Shown here one piece after another: positions 47,191 to 55,407 of a stretch of 64,000 bases of DNA. The translations under genes and the position numbers were made by a program. Position 1 is the stretch's first letter. Every line of letters starts with the position of its first letter. Source of the DNA: Candidatus Poribacteria bacterium (GTDB taxonomy: Bacteria > Poribacteria > WGA-4E > PCPOR2b); NCBI GenBank assembly GCA_965116925.1, contig OZ220744.1:5632001-5696000 (forward strand). The letters are read 5' to 3'. The notes under the pieces are model-generated. The model was given only the letters and a program-made list of their open reading frames with translations. It did not search any database and was not told the origin of the DNA.

Positions 47191-47801
47191 TATAACACCT
47201 CGTTATAACTATTATTTTTATCTTCATGTTCCTCAATCTGATGTAGCGTCTCACTCACATAGCGGCGCAGCCACTCGCTGTCGGTCGTCCTTGCCAACTC
47301 ATTAAGCGGCTCAATAGCTCGCCGAGACCCAATTTTGCCCAAAGCAATAACCGTCGCCGAACAGACAGACCGATCCGGATCATTTAATGCTGCAATCAAC
47401 GGTTCAACCGAGTGGGTAGCTCTCAGATCGCCCAACGCGACAGCAGCGGCACAACGCATATCCGGCTCCACATCGTTCAGAAAAGGAATCAACGACTCAA
47501 CCGCCCGCACATCCCGCAGTGCCCCCAGCGATGAAATTGCAAAACGACGCACAGTGCTATCCGTATCCTGTAGGGTTGTAATGAGCGGTAGTACGGCTTG
47601 TGCATCGCCCATCGATTCCAACGCTTGTGCGGCATAAGATCGCATTTCCGCCGAATCCGACTTCAACTTGGGTAGAAGAATCCATCGTGTCGTTGCATAC
47701 TTCAGCGGAGGGAGCATTCGCTCCCACAGATTTTTTAGCGGCTTGAATAAAATGTATGTGTCTTGCATAACAGTGCACCAATATGTTGCAAGAGAAAGCA
47801 T
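47187..47801 (-). CDS. HEAT/PBS-lyase repeat protein (start uncertain)
   Basis: Repeated R..AA.ALG.L.D..AV.PLI..L.D. Confidence 0.8.
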   Translation of the reverse strand: MLSLATYWCTVMQDTYILFKPLKNLWERMLPPLKYATTRWILLPKLKSDSAEMRSYAAQALESMGDAQAVLPLITTLQDTDSTVRRFAISSLGALRDVRAVESLIPFLNDVEPDMRCAAAVALGDLRATHSVEPLIAALNDPDRSVCSATVIALGKIGSRRAIEPLNELARTTDSEWLRRYVSETLHQIEEHEDKNNSYNEVLY

Positions 47802-47908
47802 TCAAAACCAGTTGTGAGCCCTTTGGCACTAACATCATTTTTCTGCCCGCTGCTGTAGCGTTCGTAGCATTTCCCCTAATTTTCGGGGTGCGGATGTGTC
47901 CCTCAATA

Positions 47909-48337
47909 CTACACCTGAGGCACCAGAAATCGGTTTGTAAATTCGGGCTTTGTGCATTTGTCCATCACGACTTGTAAGCCGTGAGAACGGGCTTTGGCTG
48001 CGGCGTTTTCGTGGATAATTCCTAGCTGCATCCAGACAACCTTTGCCCCAATTTCGATAGCTTGATCAACAATCTCTGGCACATATTCGGTACGCCGAAA
48101 AATATCAACAATTTCAATGGGCTGACCTTTCGGCACGTCAAGCAGGCTTGGATATGCCTTTTCGCCTAAAACCTGATCGTAGGTTGGAGTCACGGGGATA
48201 ATCCGGTAGCCCTGCTCTTTCAAAAACTTCGCGACACGATAACTAGGGCGATCTAGCTTTGCAGAGAGCCCAACCACCGCGATTGTTTTGTATTGAACGA
48301 ACATATCATAAATTGGATCAGATGCGTGTGCAGACAT
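47909..48337 (-). CDS. CoA-binding protein (YccU-like)
   Basis: TIAVVGLS...RPSY.VA; IVDIFR; VWMQLGI. Confidence 0.9.
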   Translation of the reverse strand: MSAHASDPIYDMFVQYKTIAVVGLSAKLDRPSYRVAKFLKEQGYRIIPVTPTYDQVLGEKAYPSLLDVPKGQPIEIVDIFRRTEYVPEIVDQAIEIGAKVVWMQLGIIHENAAAKARSHGLQVVMDKCTKPEFTNRFLVPQV

Positions 48338-48366
48338 TTGGTTCTCCTTTCTAAATCCATTATTGT

Positions 48367-49044
48367 TTAGACCAAGCCTAAACTTTCGCGAAAGTAATCA
48401 TGAAACTCCTCTAGTCCCTCAAAAATTTTGTGCACAAAAGCGAGGCTTTTCTCTGAGGGTGGTTTTATGTCCGGAATCATAACAGGTGTCATCCCGGCGT
48501 TGTAGGCTGCCTGAATGCCGGCGTCTGAATCTTCCAAGACCAGACAACGCTTCGGGAGAATATCCAATCGCGCAGCGGCAGCAAGGAAAATATCGGGAGC
48601 AGGTTTACCTTTTTCTATCTGATCGCCAGCAATCACCACGGGAAAATGGTTTAACAGATTTGTGAGTGCTAGTTTGTAAATCGCTCGCTCATATTCTGTA
48701 GACGTTGCCACTGCCTTCGGCATTGAAATTTCGTCTAGGAAATCTAACAATTCCAGCAGCCCGGACTTAATGACTAACTTACCCTCATCAATCCAGCCAT
48801 CAACGTAGGTCCGATACCTTTTTCGCACAGCATCAACGGGGAAATCGGAGCCAAAAATTTCAACTAAAGTGCGGTCCGAATCCCAGCGATTTCGACCCAC
48901 CATAGTAATAAAAATGTCATCGCTGATAGGAAATCCAAAATCAGCACCCGCGAGCTGCCACGCTTTGAGCGCGAGTCTTTCGGTGTCGATCATCAATCCA
49001 TCCATATCAAAGATGATCGCTTTGCATTCATTTATTGACCGCAT
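48367..49044 (-). CDS. HAD family phosphatase (beta-phosphoglucomutase-like)
   Basis: FDMDGLMIDTE; GKPAPDIF; EDSDAG. Confidence 0.9.
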   Translation of the reverse strand: MRSINECKAIIFDMDGLMIDTERLALKAWQLAGADFGFPISDDIFITMVGRNRWDSDRTLVEIFGSDFPVDAVRKRYRTYVDGWIDEGKLVIKSGLLELLDFLDEISMPKAVATSTEYERAIYKLALTNLLNHFPVVIAGDQIEKGKPAPDIFLAAAARLDILPKRCLVLEDSDAGIQAAYNAGMTPVMIPDIKPPSEKSLAFVHKIFEGLEEFHDYFRESLGLV

Positions 49045-49072
49045 AATTATTTCTATTCACAGACATAGTTGT

Positions 49073-50260
49073 TTACCAATTTGCTGACCGGTTTTCCCAC
49101 AGATGTTTTTTGACTTCCGCCTCATTCAGGTCAGTTCCCCATCCCGGCTTCGTGGGAGTCGTCATGTAGCCATCAATGATCTCCGGTGGATCCGTGACGA
49201 GATCATCTTTCCACGGCACATCGTCAATGTCGATTTCCATGATGCGAACATTGGGCAGGACGGCACATAGGCTCGCGCTCATGTACGTCGCTATATGGCT
49301 GTAGTAGTTGTGGGGTGCGATATTGGTCTGGTACACCTCCGCAAGGTCTCCTATCTTCTTGGATTGCGTGAACCCATTCCACGCCACGTCAATCATCATT
49401 ACGTCTGCGGCATGCAGCTCAAAATAGGGGATAAACTCCCGCATGTAGAACAGGTTTTCGCCGGTACAGATGCGGGTGGTTGTGGACTCTTTAATCTGCA
49501 AGATCGCTTCTGGGTCGTACATATCAATTTCGAGCCACTGGAGATCGAAGGGTTCTAAGACTTTAGCAATCCGTAGGCACGCTTCTGTTTTGAAGTTGAA
49601 ATTAAGGTCTAGGCAGAGTCCAACATCAGGACCAATCGCCTCCCGAAACGTTCCTATCAGCGTCTCAATGTGTCGCAATAATGCAGGTGTGACTACCTGA
49701 TCTGTGGTCCCTGAACCGCCCCCGAACCCACTGAAGTACACTGATGCCGGCTCACCGGGAATCACGATGTTGGTCTTGAGAGCAGTGAAGCCACGCTCCA
49801 CCACTTCCCGTCCCAATGCCGTGATGTCGTCCATCGTTTTGAGCGGCGGCGCACCTATCAGTTCATGATGTCTAGCGCGGCTTGTCCCGCAATGAGACCA
49901 GTACACTCGAACATTATCCCGTGTTGGTCCCCCGAATAACTCGACGACAGAGATACCGAGTGCCTTCGCCTTAATGTCTATGAGGGCGCACTCAATGCCA
50001 GCGATAGCTTTGGCAGCGATGCCGCCGGGGCTTTGGCGCGTGCCCCGAATCATGTCCCAGAACCGCATCTCGAATGCCCTTGGATCCGTACCAATCAGCA
50101 CCCGTTCTAAATCCTTGATCGTCCCAACGATTCCGTGAGGGGATCTGCCATCGCTGCATTCACCGTAACCGGTGATACCCTCATCGGTCTCAACCTTGAC
50201 AACTGTCCAAGGACGCCAGCCTGCGTCCACAATAAAGGTTTCAATGTTCGTAATTTTCAT
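49073..50260 (-). CDS. Mandelate racemase/muconate lactonizing (enolase superfamily) dehydratase
   Basis: VETDEGITGYGE; DIKAKALG; GFTALK; TGEN; APHN; KPGWG. Confidence 0.88.
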   Translation of the reverse strand: MKITNIETFIVDAGWRPWTVVKVETDEGITGYGECSDGRSPHGIVGTIKDLERVLIGTDPRAFEMRFWDMIRGTRQSPGGIAAKAIAGIECALIDIKAKALGISVVELFGGPTRDNVRVYWSHCGTSRARHHELIGAPPLKTMDDITALGREVVERGFTALKTNIVIPGEPASVYFSGFGGGSGTTDQVVTPALLRHIETLIGTFREAIGPDVGLCLDLNFNFKTEACLRIAKVLEPFDLQWLEIDMYDPEAILQIKESTTTRICTGENLFYMREFIPYFELHAADVMMIDVAWNGFTQSKKIGDLAEVYQTNIAPHNYYSHIATYMSASLCAVLPNVRIMEIDIDDVPWKDDLVTDPPEIIDGYMTTPTKPGWGTDLNEAEVKKHLWENRSANW

Positions 50261-50303
50261 ATAATCCAACCTCTATTTCGTAAATATCAAATGCTGTTAT
50301 TTC

Positions 50304-51317
50304 TTATAAATGCTGCGGCTGACCTGTCCGAATCGACTCGATCATCTTGATCCCGATTTTTGTCGCTCGCAGCCCATCCTTCACCTTCGCTGCATTCACG
50401 GGATCGATATCTTTCCCCACCCAATCAATCAGGGCTTGCATCTCATCAACATACCCATGAGCCGCACTACCGTTGCGATAATCGGCTGGCAGATCCTCCA
50501 TCGTGAAATCAGCGGGCTCTACGCCCCAAAACTTAATCGCAGGTTCACCATAATAACCGTAGAGCGTTGCGGTCTTTGTTCCACCAAACAACTCATAGAA
50601 CGCCTTACCAGCCAACGCTGGAGAACCAAAATCCCCGTTAATTGCGCTCGCTACGCAGCCGTTGGCAAACCGAATCGTGGCAACGACGCTATCGGTGATT
50701 TTGGGAATCTTCGGATGGGTAAGGTTACCTCCCTCTGCATAGACAGTGACAGGTTCGGCTCCGGCAAGCCAACACATTGCATCAAACAGGTGACACCCTT
50801 GCGAAAGAACGTTACCGCCACCTTCAACCGGATCGTTTGCCCAACTATCATCGCCCCACCGTGGATCCACGAGCTGCCCGACAATCACAAGCGGCGTTGG
50901 GATCACCTCTTTGAGCTTAGCAATGAAGGGTGAAAATCGCGCTTGAAATCCAGCCATCAACTTGACACCTGCACGTTCTACCGCTGCCTCGATCTGCTCG
51001 CACCCTTCAATCGTCAGTGCTAACGGCTTTTCGACAAAGATCTGTTTACCGGCTTCTGTGGCTTCAATTGCGAGGGGTACATGCAGGTCGTGATGGGTGC
51101 AGATTAACACGACGTCAACCAAGTCGTCGTTAAAGAGATCTTGTGGATCGGTTGTGCAATAGTCACAGCCGACTTCGGTCTGCAACTGTTGAGCAGCTTC
51201 ACTGCGGACATCGGCGAATCCGCGTAAATGTGCTCCCTCGATTTCAGCAAGATTCCGCGCATGATGGGATCCCATCCCACCACAGCCGATAAGCCCAACT
51301 CCCACCTTGTCCGACAT
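50304..51317 (-). CDS. Gfo/Idh/MocA family oxidoreductase
   Basis: GLIGCGGMG; EKPLA. Confidence 0.9.
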   Translation of the reverse strand: MSDKVGVGLIGCGGMGSHHARNLAEIEGAHLRGFADVRSEAAQQLQTEVGCDYCTTDPQDLFNDDLVDVVLICTHHDLHVPLAIEATEAGKQIFVEKPLALTIEGCEQIEAAVERAGVKLMAGFQARFSPFIAKLKEVIPTPLVIVGQLVDPRWGDDSWANDPVEGGGNVLSQGCHLFDAMCWLAGAEPVTVYAEGGNLTHPKIPKITDSVVATIRFANGCVASAINGDFGSPALAGKAFYELFGGTKTATLYGYYGEPAIKFWGVEPADFTMEDLPADYRNGSAAHGYVDEMQALIDWVGKDIDPVNAAKVKDGLRATKIGIKMIESIRTGQPQHL

Positions 51318-51453
51318 AGCCCTTCTCCTTCATCTAATTTTCATGGTATTATGACGTTATTGGCATATTTTACCTGTTTTGCTGCACTATTGCAAGGTCA
51401 GTTGTTATTGCAGCTGTCAAGGTGACCATTTCAGGCGGGTGACGTTGCTGTGG

Positions 51454-52914
51454 TCACCAGTAGGTATACAGCGTGACCTCAAATAGAACCAATTGCAGAC
51501 ACGATAGTCCAGCAACCCAATAGAAATCAGCTAGACCCCGTTGACTGAGATGTTTCGCTACAGGGATAACAATAAAAGGTGCCATAAAGATCCAGACTCG
51601 CTCGACCTCCATTGTGAAGAGTGTAGAAAAGGCAATCGCCAACAATGAGATCAGATAGCCAACGATGTAGATATCGACTGATTCACCACCTCGCTTGTCT
51701 CGAATCGTTCGTACAACCTGCCGAAGCCACACGGTCGTCATCGGTATCCCAATTCCAATCAGAAAAGCAAACAGATTTCCAAGGCTCAAGTGAAGGTATA
51801 GCCCAATCGTTTCGTATCCCGTTCCCAGTGCCGCCTTGTCTTTTCTTATTGATGCTTGCAAAGCCTCAAGCAGATTAAATCCTGTAAACAGAAACATGAG
51901 CAGATAAAATGCGATGAAAGTAATGCAGGCGATCAATAATAGCGTTAATATGCGTCTAAATTCCTTCCGATCCACGATTAAGGTGAGCAGCATGACGACA
52001 CTAAAAAATAAGCCGATGAACACTGTTGAGTATGTCATCAGCATCCCACAACTAAATGAGATTCCCGTTAAGAACCCGTAGTGTATCGCTCGCTCCGCGC
52101 TTTTTCCCTTGTAAAATAGGTGGAGACTCAAGATTGGGAAAAGGCTGAACGGTCCATCCATCGATGTCCCTGTAAACATAACGAAGTTGGGAGTAATGAG
52201 GAACAGCGCAAGGGTGTATCGTCCGATCGATTCACCGTACAGTTTTTTTGCCAGCAGGTAGATTGGTATCACCGTTAAGCTCGTGAAGACAACCGATCCG
52301 AGTGATGCCACTAACAGATTATATCCGAAGAGTTTGCTGATAATCCACAGGAACAGTATACCGCCGGGCGGATGGGTTTGTGCGTGCCCCGATAACGTTG
52401 AGAACAGTTCCGGCTTGGCGTAATCTCGCATGAATGACAAGAGACCGACTTGATCAACCTTTGGCACATTACCGTAGTATTCGTATCTTGTTCGCGTATA
52501 CGGTTCAAGGAAGGCAGGTAAATGTCGTCCGTTTACTTCTCGGTAGCCGTCAATCATGGCAACGCTGATACTGATGGCAAGAAAGAACCCAATCGAGATG
52601 AGAAAAAGCCAAGTAGATGATACAGACCGCTGGAGGAAAATCTTGCGACACAGGAGGAGGAATACTATTAGAACAACTAGCGCAGGAAGCAGCCAGAGAC
52701 TCAAATCGGTTTGTGGCTGCGCGTAGAGGGGAACCACATGGCGATGAAATTTGACCGCCCCAAGATTAACGGAAGCCGTTCGCATCCAGTAGGCGAGGAG
52801 ATTGTGGTAAAGCAGAAAGAAACATGCGAGACAGAAGCATTGGATTGGAATAAGATTAAGGAAGGGGAAAATCCGTATAGGAGAGTGATTTGGCTGATTG
52901 AGAGAGGAGTCCAC
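51454..52914 (-). CDS. Polytopic membrane glycosyltransferase (GT-C, PMT/ArnT-like)
   Basis: Many TM helices; THPPG motif; YLLAKKLYG. Confidence 0.7.
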   Translation of the reverse strand: MDSSLNQPNHSPIRIFPFLNLIPIQCFCLACFFLLYHNLLAYWMRTASVNLGAVKFHRHVVPLYAQPQTDLSLWLLPALVVLIVFLLLCRKIFLQRSVSSTWLFLISIGFFLAISISVAMIDGYREVNGRHLPAFLEPYTRTRYEYYGNVPKVDQVGLLSFMRDYAKPELFSTLSGHAQTHPPGGILFLWIISKLFGYNLLVASLGSVVFTSLTVIPIYLLAKKLYGESIGRYTLALFLITPNFVMFTGTSMDGPFSLFPILSLHLFYKGKSAERAIHYGFLTGISFSCGMLMTYSTVFIGLFFSVVMLLTLIVDRKEFRRILTLLLIACITFIAFYLLMFLFTGFNLLEALQASIRKDKAALGTGYETIGLYLHLSLGNLFAFLIGIGIPMTTVWLRQVVRTIRDKRGGESVDIYIVGYLISLLAIAFSTLFTMEVERVWIFMAPFIVIPVAKHLSQRGLADFYWVAGLSCLQLVLFEVTLYTYW

Positions 52915-52922
52915 TTAATATC

Positions 52923-54074
52923 CTATGAAACCGCGAATTCCGATCTCTGATCGGGACTTGCCTCAGACATACTCAAACCTTCACGGGCAATCTGGCGTCC
53001 ATGTTCGGTCAATATCAGGTCACCTGCATCGGATTGGATGGTGCCCTGCTTTTCTGCATATCTCACAACCCGCTCCGCGAAAGCAGAAGTCCAGCGCAGA
53101 TGTTCATCTAGGTGTTCAATGCGACGTTCTTGTTGGGCTTCGGGAGACCCCTCATGATTCAGCAGGTGGATGGTGAGCATTGTCTGAGCGAACTGCCATC
53201 GCTGTCTCAGCCGTCGTCGAGCGATAGCAATGAGACCACGGGCTGGTGCAAGCAGGAAGGTTAAAAGGAAAAAGACACCACTCATTGTTGCCATAGCCCC
53301 GGCGATGGACGCATCCAACCAACGCGCCAGCCAGTAGCCAGTGATAGCACTCGCAATACCGCTCAATGCACTTAGTCCAAGCAGATAGGATAGTCGATCA
53401 GCCAGCAGATAGGCGGTCGCTGGTGGGGCAATCATCAGGGCAACAACCAAGATGGATCCCACCGCATCAAACGCTCCAACGGCGGTTACTGAAACCAACG
53501 TCATTAAACCGTAGTGCACGAGGGCGGGTGAAAATCCAAGCGCAGCGGCAAGTCCGGCGTCAAAGGTTGCTAGTTTTAGCTCCTTGTAAAACAGTGTAAT
53601 GAAAACGAGGTTGATTAGCAGGATCCCGCCCATCACCCAGAGCGATTTGGGTAGGTCGTATCCGAAAAAGGTTGATCGCTCCATCCAAGCAAACGCCAAC
53701 TCTCCTAGCAGGACAGCGTGAGTATCTAGATGGACACTTCCCGCATAGCGAGAGATGAGAATCACACCGCCGCTGAATAGCGCAGGAAATACAATTCCGA
53801 TGGCAGCATCCTCACGCACGAGACCAGTACCGTGCAAGAGTTCCACGAGTGCCACCGTAATTACACCGGTGATCGCAGCTGCAATAATGAGGAATGGTGA
53901 AGCAAGATCTTCAACAATAAAAAACGCTAAAACGATACCTAGAAGGATTGCATGGCTGATAGCATCACTCATCAGTGCCATACGACGGAGTACCAGAAAT
54001 ACCCCCGGCAAAGCGCAGGCAACAGCGACGACCGCAGCGATAATTTGAATCTCTATCTGTGGTGAGAGGTTCAT
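52923..54074 (-). CDS. troD: Mn/Zn ABC transporter permease (TroD-like)
   Basis: FLVLRRMALMSDAISHA; KELKLATFD; C-terminal extension. Confidence 0.85.
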   Translation of the reverse strand: MNLSPQIEIQIIAAVVAVACALPGVFLVLRRMALMSDAISHAILLGIVLAFFIVEDLASPFLIIAAAITGVITVALVELLHGTGLVREDAAIGIVFPALFSGGVILISRYAGSVHLDTHAVLLGELAFAWMERSTFFGYDLPKSLWVMGGILLINLVFITLFYKELKLATFDAGLAAALGFSPALVHYGLMTLVSVTAVGAFDAVGSILVVALMIAPPATAYLLADRLSYLLGLSALSGIASAITGYWLARWLDASIAGAMATMSGVFFLLTFLLAPARGLIAIARRRLRQRWQFAQTMLTIHLLNHEGSPEAQQERRIEHLDEHLRWTSAFAERVVRYAEKQGTIQSDAGDLILTEHGRQIAREGLSMSEASPDQRSEFAVS

Positions 54075-55196
54075 CTAATTCCCCCGCATTTCCGCCAAGC
54101 GTTCCGCCTCAGCCAATCCCTTCGGAGTCAGTGCCCATTCTGTGCCAACTCGATGTGCCCACCCACGAGCCTCTAGTTCTTCGAGGCTACGTTTAACGCC
54201 GCCCCGTCCAGCACTCATTGCATTTAAGACCCTCACAGAATGCCGGTGTTCTAAATCTTCATGCTGCAATGTCAGTGCGTGGAGGTCATCCAAAACCATT
54301 TCGACCCGTAGTTGCCGACGGTTGCGTTGATGTCGTATCCAATTCCAGACCAACCCCCGATTCGGTGCCAGAGTCATTGAGACGAGAACGATCGCGCTGA
54401 TACAGAGCACGATGGTTGGACCGGTGGGAATCCGTGCGGTGCTGCTGCTAATGAGTGCACCACTCACGCCGGCAACCGCGCCAAACAGAGCTGCCAGAAT
54501 AACCATTACACCAAGACGATCTGTCCATTGCCGCGCCGCTGCCGCAGGCGCGACAACCATCGCACTCATCAGCACCACACCGACAGTTTGCAGTCCTAGT
54601 ACGATAGCAATGACAATGAGTGTGGTTAGCAACACGTCAAGCCAGCGCATACGAAAACCGAGGCTAGCTCCGAAGTCAGGGTCAAAACTGAGAAGTTTGA
54701 AATCCTTCCAGAAGACCATCATTATCAATAGCGCAATGATACCCAGCAACGCCATCGTCTTGACATCTCGTTCCATTAGTGCCGCCGCCTGGCCAAAGAG
54801 GAATTTGTCAAGACCAGCTTGATTAGCGTTGGGCATCTTCTGAATGAATGCGGTCAGCAGGACAAGACCGAACCCAAAAAATACAGAGAGCACCAATCCT
54901 AATGCACTATCCTCCTTAATGCGGGTTGTATTGACAATGCCCATCACAAAAAGCGTACCTATCCAACCGGCGGCAGCAGCACCCAACACCAATACAAGCG
55001 GGGTTTTGCTGCCCGTTAGCAGAAATGCTAGAGCAATACCGGGCCACGCTGCATGAGAAATTGCGTCTCCTAGCAGACTCTGCTTCCGTAGGACCGCGTA
55101 TGTTCCCAAAGCACCACTGACAATTCCCAGTGTGGCAGAACCCTGTGCGACTGTACGTAGGGTATAATCGAAGAAGAGATTATGTAGCAATTCCAT
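54075..55196 (-). CDS. troC: Mn/Zn ABC transporter permease (TroC-like)
   Basis: VLRKQSLLGDAISHA; LLSFDPDF; AAARQWT. Confidence 0.85.
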   Translation of the reverse strand: MELLHNLFFDYTLRTVAQGSATLGIVSGALGTYAVLRKQSLLGDAISHAAWPGIALAFLLTGSKTPLVLVLGAAAAGWIGTLFVMGIVNTTRIKEDSALGLVLSVFFGFGLVLLTAFIQKMPNANQAGLDKFLFGQAAALMERDVKTMALLGIIALLIMMVFWKDFKLLSFDPDFGASLGFRMRWLDVLLTTLIVIAIVLGLQTVGVVLMSAMVVAPAAAARQWTDRLGVMVILAALFGAVAGVSGALISSSTARIPTGPTIVLCISAIVLVSMTLAPNRGLVWNWIRHQRNRRQLRVEMVLDDLHALTLQHEDLEHRHSVRVLNAMSAGRGGVKRSLEELEARGWAHRVGTEWALTPKGLAEAERLAEMRGN

Positions 55197-55285
55197 TCAC
55201 TGCCCCATTTTGATGTAGGTTGCCACCCAAAGTCCCCGCGGGCAATCGGTTATTTTAAGCTGGTCATCTGTTGGACAGATGTAAA

Positions 55286-55393
55286 GTAGGTCGAGATTCA
55301 CATCTCGATACAAAGCCGTCGATTTTGGAAAATCGACCTACTCTAGCCCTGTAATTTGTACAGGGATTACGGCATACGGAGTATGCCTACTAC
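55286..55393. repeat. Cluster of GTAG-type REP palindromes (inverted doublet plus singlet)
   Basis: GTAGGTCGAGATTCACATCTCGA...GTCGATTTTGGAAAATCGACCTAC; CGGCATACGGAGTATGCCTACTAC. Confidence 0.7.
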
Positions 55394-55407
55394 TTTGGTA
55401 ACTTGCG

